A program made the position numbers and the translations under genes. A stretch of 53,764 nucleotides of DNA from Cladosporium halotolerans (lineage: Eukaryota): contig NW_027191491.1 in assembly GCF_011745625.1 (NCBI RefSeq), positions 124,001 to 177,764 on the forward strand, read 5' to 3'. Positions within the stretch are counted from its first letter, which is position 1; each line of letters opens with the position of its first letter. Below, piece after piece: positions 12,334 through 23,244 of the stretch. Below the pieces are notes generated by a model. It was not told the origin of the DNA. It searched no databases and saw nothing but the letters and a program-made list of their open reading frames with translations.

Positions 12334-15300
12334 TCAGTTACCGCCCTCCTTCACCTTTTGCTTCTCCTCCTTCCCCTTCTTCCCCTTCTTCCCGGTTTTC
12401 TCGGCCTTGGCCCTTGCGGCCGCGGCCGACATCTCAGCATTAGCCAAAGCCTCAGCCTCTTTCTTCTTCTCTTCCTCCGCGAACAGCTTCAGCAAAATCG
12501 GAGTGAAATGCTGCATCTCAGCGATGTCCTTGACCTTGATGCGCATGTAATCGAACGCGACGCACACTTTCATGTCCGAGTTGAGCTTGAACTTCACGGC
12601 CTCCGGAGCGCTGGGGCGCTTGCTCGGTAGCTCGTGTTGCTCGCCTGCCGCGTCATTTGCCTCCTGTGCTGGGAGGGTCGGGGCCTCGTCGTCTTCACCC
12701 CCATCTATCGCGTCGTCGGAAACGCCATTCTCATCCGCCTCGCCGGCGTTGAGCATGGGAACGTCCTTGGTGACAGGAGCAACGCCATCGTCAGCCTCGC
12801 CCTCTTCGGCGTGCTCTAGGACAGGCAACTTCTGGTACCGCTGGCTGAAATGCGTGAGGACACACGCCTTCGCACCCATGGCCTGCGCGACGCCGAGAGC
12901 CTCGGAAGTGGTGGAGTGGTTCTTCGCGATCGCGTCGCCCTGGAGTTCGTCGTCGAAAGTCGCCTCGTGGATGCAGACGGTGGAACCCTTTCCGATTTGC
13001 GAGAAGGTCTGGTTGGGTCTGCAGTCGCCGGAGTACGATGCCTTGAAGCCGGAGTCCCAAGTTACTGAGATCGCGCGCGCGCCGTGGCAGTGCTTGACCA
13101 GGCACGCCTGGACGTCTTTCAACCCGATCAGAGCAGGCGCAATTACCTTGGAAGCTAGCTTGGCCTGGTAATCGGCGGAATCCAGGCCTCTGAGTTCGCT
13201 CGGATGAATGAACCAGTTCAAACGTGAGGGTTGGTTACGAGCTGGGTTGACAGGAGAAATTGAAAGGGGGGCGAGGCGAGAAAATCCGTAATCTTCGACT
13301 GCAGCATATTCCGCAAGCCAAGACGCCATTGCAGGCTCGCAGATGACGGATAGCCTTCCTTGATCGGCGAACAGACTTTCGATGGGAGCATCGGCTGGCG
13401 GCTTCGATGCCGGTTGGGATTTGTGAACATGGTCGTACCACGCTTTGATGACGCTGACAGTTCCCAGGTGATGGTCCGCATGCATATGGCTAATGACAAT
13501 GAGACGAAGGCCGCTGATAATTTCGTCAAACTCCTCCGCGGTGAAAGCGCGCTTCATTTGACCAAGCGTATTCTCACCACAATCAAAGAGCATGCTGCCC
13601 CAGCCAGGGACTCGAAGGAGCGTCGCAGAGACGTTGCGGTATTTAGACGGTAATGCGGAGCCAGTACCAAGTGTTGTGATCTCAACATCTTTGTCTGGAA
13701 GTGTATCCGTCCAAGCCGCTATCGAGGCGCTGTCGGCATCGATGGCTTCTTGAGTGCGCGGCAGTTCATCGAGTACTGCCTTCGACATATCGTCTTTGGT
13801 AGCCTGAACATCCAAAGGAGGCACGGCATCCCTGCAATGTACTTCCGCGTTTGGCTGGAGTTGGATAACCTGTCCTCGAACGGCAGCCTGAGCGTTCGAC
13901 GGCAACGGCAGATCGGCATGTTTCGTTGTGACTTGACCGTTCCCGTGAGTAGGTACCCTGTACCTTTTAGAGTCAACCTCTCCAAGACGAATAGTCGATG
14001 CTGCTGCTGAGTCAAGCGCAATGTCATTCGGGCAGTAGTCGCTCGAAGATACAACGTGCTCGAGGTGTGCGAACTCAGCCATGAAATTCCTGACCCTTGA
14101 ATCAAAGGCTACTCCCGGTCCACAGATCCAGACGACGGAGCCAACGCCTGCCATAACCTGTCCCTCTCGCCATTCCGGCCTGGCGAGAAGATTATCGACG
14201 TAGGTTGCGTCAGGCAGGTCAACCACAGCGAGACCGGCACCCTCTTTGCTTGGACCCAAAACTTGCTCTGGCATGATGGTCTCGCCTTCATTGTTCTGCA
14301 CGCTCTCTCCTTTTGTGAGTCTTGACCAATTCCGGCCCTTTTCGACATTGAGCGCAGTGGCCTTCTGAGGATCAAACTTTCCTCGCTGGTTGTGATTGCG
14401 AATGATGTAGCTAATGGCCTCCTTGGCAGGCTGTGTAGGCGGAAGACTGTCTACTAGAGCACCTGGCCAAGGTTTCCTTACAAGAACTTCCAAGTCGGGG
14501 TTTGGAAGGTCACTGTAGGGTCCAGGAGGCGGTCCTTGGTACCTTTCGATCTTCTTCGTCTGCGCGTTGCGAACGAAGATGGTGGCGGGCATTTTGACAT
14601 CGCAGAGGCGGGTCGGGTAAAGAGTGTCCAAGCGCCATGTAGAGTTGAACATTTCACCAACAACCGCTTTCGCCGTAAGCTGGTCGTGTTCGGACGAAGA
14701 CTGTAGGCCTGACACAACCGATCTGCCGTTCTCGTGTGCCGAACCATCGTAGACTTCTTCTATGCTTCTTTTACGGGGACTGACAGATCCAGATTTCTGC
14801 ACATTCGCCTGAGGGGTGGCCGGTGACGGACGAATCGACATTGCCCAGACCTTGACGTTGCTATCGGCCCAGTAAGGAGCCCACTTCTCTTCGCCCTGAA
14901 GCTTCCACCGGTCGTTCTGAATCTCTTGGACGTCAATGGGCATGCCCTTCCTGAACACGAATCGTCGGGCAGTTGCAAGCATGTGATTCATATTCGGAGG
15001 CGCCAGTAAAGTCAGTCCAGAAGCAGACATTTCGGCCTTCGCCTCCTCTTCGATCTCTGCCACCTTCGCCTTGTCATCTTGAACACCCAGCGACCTTATC
15101 TTTGCCGCAGCTTTCACCTTCGCTCCCTCGAGTTTTGTCGTCTGACTCGACGCAGAAGCATCGGCGAGAGTCAAAATCATTCCGATTAGACCCCCAGCGT
15201 TCTGCCATTCTGTTCGCCCTGTGACGAAACACTCGCTCACTTTCAACAACTTCGTACCCATCTGCACACATGCTCTTTGAGTCCCTTCCGCAAGGCTTCC

Positions 15301-15834
15301 AATCAGATACCGCTTGTCGTCAAAGTGAAGTAGCAGCGTCGTTCCCGGAGTGTCTGCCGTCGGCGTGGTGAGAACCTGCACGTAGGAGCGCATGTTGCGA
15401 GTCTGAATATGGTTGAGCTTGCGCTCGTGTCGAAAATGTTTCTGCGACGAAGGGATCAAGCGCTCCTTGTCCCAGTCTCGGAATAATATATTCCGGTTCA
15501 CCCAAATTCCTCGAGAATCTTGTAGCTTTGCTCTTATGTCGCTACGATTGGACCAGCGACTTTGTGTTTCTCCTAGCACATATCTAGAAGCCTTGTGGAG
15601 AGTTCCCGATGTTCGCCTGGCCTTTTCTGGAGATTCGAGGACACTTGCTTTTGCGCTTTTTTGCGGTGAATAAGCCTTATTCTGTGTATCAGATCCGTGC
15701 TCTTGGGCGGCTGCTTTCAGGCGTGGAAGCAAGTTGCCGGAATATGCACGGGTGGAGCAGAATTGTTGCTTGCGAAAACCAAGAGAGAATCGTGAAGTCG
15801 TAATGCCTTTCCCGAGGCTACGTGCCGATGCCAC
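12334..15834 (-). CDS. TRZ1: Long-form tRNase Z (ELAC2/Trz1); first AUG at 15393, in-frame extension to a GUG at 15834
   Basis: Motifs VLTTPTADT..LLLHFDDKRYL..EGTQR, TLGTGSALPSKYRNVS, DCGE, SHMHADHHLG, YSGDCRP, HEATF, HST and LTHFSQRY. Single exon. Confidence 0.93.
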   Translation of the reverse strand: MASARSLGKGITTSRFSLGFRKQQFCSTRAYSGNLLPRLKAAAQEHGSDTQNKAYSPQKSAKASVLESPEKARRTSGTLHKASRYVLGETQSRWSNRSDIRAKLQDSRGIWVNRNILFRDWDKERLIPSSQKHFRHERKLNHIQTRNMRSYVQVLTTPTADTPGTTLLLHFDDKRYLIGSLAEGTQRACVQMGTKLLKVSECFVTGRTEWQNAGGLIGMILTLADASASSQTTKLEGAKVKAAAKIRSLGVQDDKAKVAEIEEEAKAEMSASGLTLLAPPNMNHMLATARRFVFRKGMPIDVQEIQNDRWKLQGEEKWAPYWADSNVKVWAMSIRPSPATPQANVQKSGSVSPRKRSIEEVYDGSAHENGRSVVSGLQSSSEHDQLTAKAVVGEMFNSTWRLDTLYPTRLCDVKMPATIFVRNAQTKKIERYQGPPPGPYSDLPNPDLEVLVRKPWPGALVDSLPPTQPAKEAISYIIRNHNQRGKFDPQKATALNVEKGRNWSRLTKGESVQNNEGETIMPEQVLGPSKEGAGLAVVDLPDATYVDNLLARPEWREGQVMAGVGSVVWICGPGVAFDSRVRNFMAEFAHLEHVVSSSDYCPNDIALDSAAASTIRLGEVDSKRYRVPTHGNGQVTTKHADLPLPSNAQAAVRGQVIQLQPNAEVHCRDAVPPLDVQATKDDMSKAVLDELPRTQEAIDADSASIAAWTDTLPDKDVEITTLGTGSALPSKYRNVSATLLRVPGWGSMLFDCGENTLGQMKRAFTAEEFDEIISGLRLIVISHMHADHHLGTVSVIKAWYDHVHKSQPASKPPADAPIESLFADQGRLSVICEPAMASWLAEYAAVEDYGFSRLAPLSISPVNPARNQPSRLNWFIHPSELRGLDSADYQAKLASKVIAPALIGLKDVQACLVKHCHGARAISVTWDSGFKASYSGDCRPNQTFSQIGKGSTVCIHEATFDDELQGDAIAKNHSTTSEALGVAQAMGAKACVLTHFSQRYQKLPVLEHAEEGEADDGVAPVTKDVPMLNAGEADENGVSDDAIDGGEDDEAPTLPAQEANDAAGEQHELPSKRPSAPEAVKFKLNSDMKVCVAFDYMRIKVKDIAEMQHFTPILLKLFAEEEKKKEAEALANAEMSAAAARAKAEKTGKKGKKGKEEKQKVKEGGN

Positions 15835-16878
15835 GATGAATGCCGTGATAGGTGATCAAGAAGTGAAGAGGAAGTAGAACGAATGTGAATTGCTAGTCGC
15901 TGAGAATCTAAAGGGCATGGGTGACTTTTTTTCCTACTCACACTTGCGACTGCATACGGTTCTTCGATCCAGCGGTATGCTTGGCACTCGGCGTCTCGAC
16001 TCCCGCATTCGCCGCATGGTCGGCTTGCTCCTCTACCTTGTCCAAAATATCATAAACGAACCAAATTACCTCAACCTGCTGCTGATTGTCGCGCTATCGT
16101 CTGACATACTGCCGCCCATCGTGCAGACACACACTGCTCATACTTAGCTGACCATAACTCGTCCGCACAAAATAGGTCGCAACCGTGCCTTCAGAACAGG
16201 TGACCCTTGGCAAGTTGTAAAACGAGAGATGATGTCAGCTGGACTATACCGTTGCGGAGCAGAAAATGGGATCAGCTCAACGGTATCTTTTTTCTAAACA
16301 GAAACGGAGTTGTCCTCGAGCTGCTTCCGAAACGATCATCATCAACCTCCGCTTCAGCTTCGATACTTGATCTCGTTCACGGTCATATCCCATTTAAAAT
16401 CTTGTATCTGCCCACGACGAGCAGCTACTGAACAGGCTATTTGAGCGATAGCCTTATGTGATTCACAAAACGGCGGCTTCAGGCTGCAGTTCGTATATTG
16501 TCGGCAAAGCACTCCACAGGCTCCTTAAACAAAGCTTGGACCGAAAGCCAAGGCTACCTTTGCTTCAGGTTGATCAGGCTGATCTGTTTACCCTGCTACT
16601 GTGTCGCACCACACAAATGGCCTCCGTGTCATTTCGGAAGCGGGCCTCTTACGCGCTCGTTCCGGAGTCTTACTCGCGACAAGCGCACAACGCCAACACA
16701 ACTCTACGGAGCGCAATGTCTGAGATAGACACGAGGTCGCCGGATCCGTGGACATTAGGGATACATAACTCGGTACGATGCCCTAACTCATCCTCGAAGA
16801 CAATTGAAAACAGCAATCGTTCTTCGATCCTTCTATTCTCTTGACAAGCGTGTGTTTGATACCGCGTCCACCTTTGCA

Positions 16879-18125
16879 ATGCACATCTCTTCTATCGCCG
16901 TTACGGCCCTTGGTCTGGCACCGAGTGTATTCGGCGCCAACCTCTTCGTCAGCCACTTCTCTGGCACCGTCTACACGCTTTCGTACACTCCTGCAACAAA
17001 TGGCAATGGTACCCTGGCCATCAAATCTTCTGCTACCGGTTGCGGACGCATGCCATCATGGCTGAGCTTCGACTCTCCCACCAAATCTCTGTATTGCTTC
17101 GATGAGACTGGATCCTGGGGCGGTGGCAGTGTAGTCGCATCATTCTCTGTCAATGGCGATGGCTCCTTGAAACAGAGTGGCCAAGCCAAGTCTACTGGCG
17201 GTGAGGTTCATGGCTCGCTGTACGGCGGCGTGAACGGCACCAGCTTTGTTGCGATGGCCGAGTAGTAAGTTGCCATTGCATAGACCGGATGAAGCCTGTC
17301 TAACGTAACTACAGCGATCCTTCGACTGTTTCGACCTACAAGCTTCCTTTGACTTCAAGCTCTCAAGTCCTGCAGAAGGAGAAGTTCACCATGTCGCAGC
17401 CCGGCCCGGTCAGCTCTAGGCAAAACGCGCCTCACCCCCACGCCATCTTCAAAGACCCGACTGGCCAATTCCTGCTCGCGCCTGACCTCGGCGCAGACCT
17501 CATCCGCATCTTCAGCGTGGACTCCTCCAGCGGCAAGCTCACGGCCTGCCCTGCGGCTCAAGCAGGTGCTGGTGACGGCCCCCGTCACGGCGCCTGGTGG
17601 ATCCCCAACGCAGGCTCTACCAAGGGCCAGATGCTGTACACCGTGAACGAGCTCAGCAACACGGTCTCCGCCTGGACCGTCAAATACTCCAGCTCCGGGT
17701 GCATGTCGCTCAACAAGACCCAGACGCTCTCCGCTTTCGCTCCTGGCAAGACGCCCACGGCTGGCAGGCAGCCCATCAAGGCTGCTGAGGTCCACGTTGC
17801 AGGTAACTTCCTCTACGCATCCGTCCGCAATGACCAAACTTTTGGCTCCCAGCAGGATTCTCTGGCGACGTACGCTATCAGCAGCACGGGAGAGCTTTCT
17901 TTCGTGGAGTCGACCAAGGCCAATGCGTGGTACCCTCGCACGTTCTCCATCAACAAGGCTGGTGACCTTGTCGCTGTTGGTGGGCAGACTTCGGCTAACG
18001 TGGCTATTGTCTCGCGCAACCCGACCACGGGTAAGCTGGGAGGGTTGGTTGCTAGCATTCCTGTTGGCTCCAAGGGTACCGATGGTGGGGAGGACGGATT
18101 GAGCGCTGTCGTTTGGGCTGAATAA
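16879..18125 (+). CDS. Secreted 7-bladed beta-propeller lactonase-like protein (3-carboxymuconate cyclase / 6-phosphogluconolactonase family), 398 aa, 2 exons (16879-17264, 17315-18125)
   Basis: Signal peptide MHISSIAVTALGLAPSVFGA. Motifs RQNAPHPH, DPTGQFLLAPDLGAD, GDGPRH, VNEL and YPRTFSIN. Intron gtaagt..ctaac..cag. Confidence 0.85.
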
Positions 18126-18402
18126 GTACTACTGCGCTGCAAGAATGGGTTTCGGTTAACTTCTTGATACTGGGAATCGTAACGCTCACGTTCTCAAGAT
18201 GAAACGGCCAGTTGATCGAGGTTGAGGAAGTTCCACTTTTGATGTTCTCTCGTGGTAGCTTGAACAGTGGCAGGTTACTCTTCCTCTTTGGTTTCTTTGA
18301 TAGCTTCACGTATGAGATGACCCTTCCTCGATAGACCATCCCAAGATGCATTTGGGCCAAGCTCTGTTGTCATAAATGCGTGTAATTTGATTGAGGCTAC
18401 CT

Positions 18403-19190
18403 TCACGAGAGCCCTGCGTTCTCTTCGTCCCACCAACCGCGAAACTCCTGCAGTCTCCGCGTCCTCTCCTCAGCCAGCCGCCTTCCCGTCTCAGTCTTCA
18501 TCATCCCTTGCAGGTTCTCCAACTTATCGGTGAAATGTTCGATGCAGCCGTGGAGGCCCCTACCAGAAGCCTTGGCGCCACCAAAAGCAAAACACCTAGC
18601 GATTCCAACCGCACCTATGGCATCCAACCGGTCCGCATCCTGCACGACACCGAGCTCCGGATGCGCGCTCACCATCGCCTTGACGAGCTGCGGCCGCTTG
18701 ATCTCGCTCGAGAACGAGACGTGCTCGACGATCAGGGCGACTTTGCTCATGAGCCGGGGCGGGCAACCGTTCTTCTGCAGAACCTCCGTGATCATCGTCT
18801 CGGCGACCTCGCCAGGCTGCAAGTACTTTTTGTCGCCGACGTCGTGGAGCAGGGCGCCCAGGATGATCGCCTGCTCGTCGAAAGCCCTGGTGGCGGTCTC
18901 CTGCTCAGCCTCGAGGATGCGTTTGGCGAATGAAAGCACGCGGAGGATGTGATTGAAATCATGCGACATGTCGTAGCGGGACATGTATTCCTCGACATAG
19001 CTGTAGACGCCTTTGTACAGAGGCGAGCTTTCGAATTCTTCGCCGCCGGTGCCTGGCGTTACCCCATTTTTCCTATAATCAAGATGGATTAGACGCGTTG
19101 AAAGATGGTGATACAAGTCGATTGAACGGGCACGCACGCTGCAGCATGGCCGTCAACGGCTTGGACATCACGAGTCTCGCCAACTGCCAT
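18403..19190 (-). CDS. HD-domain metal-dependent phosphohydrolase, 240 aa, 2 exons (19190-19138, 19072-18403)
   Basis: Motifs YDMSHDFNHILRV, ALLHDVGDKKY, VQDADRLDAIGAVGIARCF and HFTDKL..MKTETGR. Intron gtgcgt..ctaat..tag. Confidence 0.88.
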
Positions 19191-19463
19191 CTTGAAGAAT
19201 GTTATGTTGCTAATGTAGAAGTGGGACAACAAAGTGCAAGGCTGCAGTCGAATGAAGTGAAGCACAAGCCACATGAGGCGGCAACGGTCCGCGCAGTGCA
19301 TCAGCGGCGATCATGGGCGACGACGCAACTTCGCGGCGACTTGAGCTGCTTGCTGTCTACAACGCCATACATCATCACGAGACCCGAGCGAATACCACCT
19401 GCACCCCCGACAACCCATCAACCCCCTGATTAATATCTAAACCAGCTTGGAGAGTACGCCACA

Positions 19464-20702
19464 ATGCCTGCCACCACAGCGGAAACGCTGAGCATCGTCA
19501 ACCGGACCGTCACCGTCGCGCCTCTCGTCCTTCTTTCCGCAGCAGATCACTACGGCCGCTCAGCAAAGGGCACCAAGAAGCGGGTGCTCGGTGTGCTCCT
19601 GGGACAAAATGATGGCAAGAGCGTGCGGGTATCAAACAGCTTTGCCAGTGCGTACACCCGCCAGATGCAATGAGCATCGGAACCCACCATAGCTGACGTT
19701 TGGATACAGTTCCTTTCGAGGAGGATGAGAAGGACCCATCCGTGTGGTTCATCGACCACAACTACATCGAGGGAATGAATGACATGTTCAAGAAGGTGAA
19801 CGCGCGCGAGAAGCTGATCGGCTGGTACCACTCGGGACCTAAGCTGCGCGCGAGCGATCTGGAGATCAACGAGCTGTTCAAACGATACACACCCAACCCG
19901 CTGCTCGTCATCATCGATGTACACCCGCAGGATGTCGGCGTGCCGACTGACGCATACTTCGCTGTCGAGGAGATTAAGGACGTGAGTCGGCGCATACATT
20001 CACAAGGCAGACCGGAGGGACACAAGTGCTAACAAACCGCAGGACGGCACCACCACATCGAAGACCTTTGTGCACACGCCCAGCACCATCGAGGCGGAAG
20101 AGGCGGAAGAGATCGGCGTGGAGCACCTGCTGCGCGACATCCGCGACGTGGCGGTGGGTACGCTGTCGACGCGGATAACTTCACAACTGCAGTCGCTGCA
20201 GGGCCTGCACCTGCGGCTGCAGGACATCGGCAAGTACCTGCAGAAGGTGCTGGACGGCGAGCTGCCGGTGAACCACGCGATCCTGGGCAACTTGCAGGAC
20301 GTCTTCAACCTGCTGCCGAACTTGAGCACGCCGAAAGCCACCTCGCGCGACTTGTCGACCGTCAACGGCCTGGTCAACGGCGGCGTCGGCATGTCCGGCG
20401 GCAGCTCGGAGAACACGGAGCTGTCCCACGCAATGAGCGTCAAGACCAACGACCAGCTGATGTCGATTTACCTGTCGAGCTTAATACGCTCCATCACCGC
20501 CTTCCACGACCTGATCGACAACAAGATCCAGAACAAGCGCCAGGCGGATGACGAGGACGCGAAGGTGGACGAGGAAAAAAAGGACAAGGAGATCAAGAAG
20601 GAGGAGAAGCTGATGGTCAACGGGGCGAACGAGAAATCCGACGCCGGAAGCAAGGAGGGCAAGGCGAATGAGAAGGAGCAGAAGGACAAGAAGAAGGGTT
20701 GA
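19464..20702 (+). CDS. RPN8: 26S proteasome lid subunit Rpn8 (MPN domain), 371 aa, 3 exons (19464-19647, 19710-19981, 20043-20702)
   Basis: Motifs [56 protein letters not shown] and KTNDQLM. Lys/Glu-rich tail. Confidence 0.97.
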
Positions 20703-21004
20703 GCGGTAGACGAAACGACATGTGGCGAGTGAGCGACGGCAGGCATAATGACTAGACATAGCGCGGCGCAACGGCGTCACGAGGGATGCATACCGCGGTA
20801 AACCGCGCGGTTATGGTAGTAAAAAGGTCGGCAGCATGGCGCGAAGACCGCGTGCTCGACTCGGATAGGGGTATCATGTATAGTTACACCATCAGCAACG
20901 AAAGCGAAGACCATTCGCACCCTTCACGTCCAAACCCTCAAATCAGAGCCATCCAGGTTCTCACATATCCCACACATCCCTCCGAACCGCCCTCCAAACA
21001 CCCA

Positions 21005-21709
21005 TCAATCCCCCCACCCACCACCCCAACCCGCAACCTCCTCCACCGTCACCTCCCTAACCTCAGCCCCCTCTCCAAATCCACCCCACTCCGCCAACAC
21101 ACAGGCGAGCAAATGCTTGCAAACTGGCGGCACCTCGCCCCTTCCACCCCTCGTGAGCCCTCCAAACCGCCAACCGTCCTCCCCGCCGCCCTCGTCCTCA
21201 CTCTCTCCAGCCAATCCTACAGAAGATCCAGAAGGATCCACAGGCGGGAACGCCGCGAACGCAAAAGCCGGGCACGAGCAATTCCACGCGCGCGGGCGGA
21301 CCTCGTAGACGGCCTGCGGGGCGGGGTCTGCGTAGCGCGAGCCGGAGCGGGAATGCGAGGAGTGGTGGGGTTGCTGGGCGGAGCGGACGAGGTAGAAAGC
21401 CGTTTGCGGCGTTCTCGGTCGCGACGTCGGAGTCGGTTCTTGGTCCGCGGTGCTTGTGTCGGGAGGTTGTTGGACGACGAGGCGGGTGACGAGGGTGCGG
21501 TCGAGGAGGTCGAGGGCGGGGAGGAGGTCGTTGGGGAAGAGAGTGTGGAGGGTTAGGAGGGCGGGTTTGTAGGTTTGAGAAAGGGTGGCGTGGGTTGGTT
21601 CTGCGTCTGAGGTTTTGAGTGGTTGTTCTTGGTTGGAGGAAGCGATTGTGTTGATTAGAGAGGTGAGGAGGCGGCGGGTTGATGGGAGGCGAGGGGCGGG
21701 CTCGGTCAT
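21005..21709 (-). CDS. SWIM zinc-finger protein (Sws1/ZSWIM7-like, Shu complex candidate)
   Basis: AUG at 21709 (aaaATG). Motifs LLTLHTLFPNDLLPALDLLD, YEVRPRAWNCSCPAFAF and VCKHLLAC, giving the CxC...CxH SWIM signature. Confidence 0.75.
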   Translation of the reverse strand: MTEPAPRLPSTRRLLTSLINTIASSNQEQPLKTSDAEPTHATLSQTYKPALLTLHTLFPNDLLPALDLLDRTLVTRLVVQQPPDTSTADQEPTPTSRPRTPQTAFYLVRSAQQPHHSSHSRSGSRYADPAPQAVYEVRPRAWNCSCPAFAFAAFPPVDPSGSSVGLAGESEDEGGGEDGWRFGGLTRGGRGEVPPVCKHLLACVLAEWGGFGEGAEVREVTVEEVAGWGGGWGD

Positions 21710-22314
21710 TTTGGAAAGTTGTTTGCGAACGGCGACATTGCAATTGTTCTTTCCCTTAGGGTTTTTCTTGTAAATGCCACGGTGTTGTGGAGTCGAATCT
21801 CGTGCTGAGTGTTGAGGTGAGACGAGGTGCTGTGAGGTATGAGCAGACGAGGTTTGGGAGAACGTTGATGACGGCAGGCTTCGCGTCAACACGCGCGATT
21901 GAGATCAACCATATTAGGAACACAACACTGTTCAGCCTTTGAATCGATTGATTGCGTTCACACGAAAATCAAATCGATCGGTTCTATTGCAAACGGTCGG
22001 AACTCCATCCAACTAATCGTCTGAAGACACGATTGTTCTTGGATTCGAACAGGAATTGCGAAGGTGCTGAAACGAGAGGGCCATATCAACAAAGGTAAGT
22101 CGAGTACAGGGTATATACGCAAAATGAAACCAATAACTCGAGGATTGCCCGCTCAACAAGAAGGAAATCAATAAACAATTAACACCACAACGCAAGAAAC
22201 AACCTACCACAAGCGCTCGCTCTAACAAATCGCCCAATAACATTCAAGCAAATAGCAGACTCAAACCTGCAAAGAGATCGAAATCCCAATCAGCACACAC
22301 AATCCCACAAACCC

Positions 22315-23244
22315 CTACCTCCTCTCCCCCGACCCACCCCTCCAAACCGACCTCACCTCCCAACACTCATCCACCTCCACCTCCCGCTCTCTGCCCCTCG
22401 AATGCCTCGAGCGCCGCCGACCCGACCGCACCTCAACAAACTCGCCGTCGAACGGGTAGTGCCAGCGGCCATCATCCTCATCCCAACGCCACTCATCCCT
22501 CCTCGGACTGAAAGACCTCCTCGCCTCTCTCTCAAACCCCCCATCCCGCCTCTCGCTGCCATCGCGCCGCCGCGACCCAGACAGCCGCTCAAAGCGCGCG
22601 CAGCGCTCGTCCTCCTCTCCGCGAAAACAACCCCCCTCAAGCAAGAACCCCCTCTCCCTCCTCCTTCCCCTTGGCTCCTCCAGCAGCCGAGGCTTCCACA
22701 CCTCCTCCTCCTCCTCCTCCTCCTCCTCCTCCTCCTCCTCCCTGGCCTTCCCCGACCTCGTCCCCCTTCCCTCCTTCCCCTTCCCCTCCTCAACCAACCT
22801 CTCCACGCACCCCCTCAACTCCCCCAACCCCCTCACGACCTCCTCCTGCCCCCTCCCCACCCGCCCCAACAACTCCAACCCCACCGCCGCACAGCAGAGC
22901 CCGAGATCCCTCACATGCGTGTCGAGCGCCGCCTCCAGCTCCGCCAGCGCGGCGCCCGAGAGCCGCAGGCGGTGCCAGAGCGTCAGCGGGGAGTGTTTGT
23001 CCAGCAGCTGCGCGAGCGTGGCGAGGGTTGCGTGCGTTGAGGCGAGGATGGGCTGGAGGGGGGTTTTGGACGCTGGGGAGGAGTGGTGGTGGGCGGCGGC
23101 GAGGCGCGCGAGGGGCTCCTGGAGGGCGTGCAGGCGGCGGGCGACGGCGCGGTATTTGGCGGGGGCGTCGCGCCAGCGGGCGTGGGTTTTCTGCGCGAGG
23201 CTGAGGAGGGTCAGGATGTCGAGGGGGGAGATGCCGATGGACAT
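22315..23244 (-). CDS. Protein with a fungal STAND N-terminal (SesA/HeLo-like) domain and a low-complexity R/E/G-rich tail
   Basis: MSIGISPLDILTLLSLAQKTHARWRDAPAKYRAVARRLHAL resembles the MSFGFSxGD..AP.EF..L start of this domain class. The 309-aa ORF contains a poly-Glu run. Confidence 0.55.
   Translation of the reverse strand: MSIGISPLDILTLLSLAQKTHARWRDAPAKYRAVARRLHALQEPLARLAAAHHHSSPASKTPLQPILASTHATLATLAQLLDKHSPLTLWHRLRLSGAALAELEAALDTHVRDLGLCCAAVGLELLGRVGRGQEEVVRGLGELRGCVERLVEEGKGKEGRGTRSGKAREEEEEEEEEEEEEVWKPRLLEEPRGRRRERGFLLEGGCFRGEEDERCARFERLSGSRRRDGSERRDGGFEREARRSFSPRRDEWRWDEDDGRWHYPFDGEFVEVRSGRRRSRHSRGREREVEVDECWEVRSVWRGGSGERR
22701..22741. repeat. (CCT)~13 microsatellite encoding poly-Glu on the minus strand
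   Basis: Read directly: cctcctcctc... Confidence 0.95.

Noticed and set aside
22353..23204. Poly-Pro, poly-Leu and poly-Arg ORFs
   Set aside because: They are alternative readings of the (CCT)n tract and the C/G-skewed sequence.
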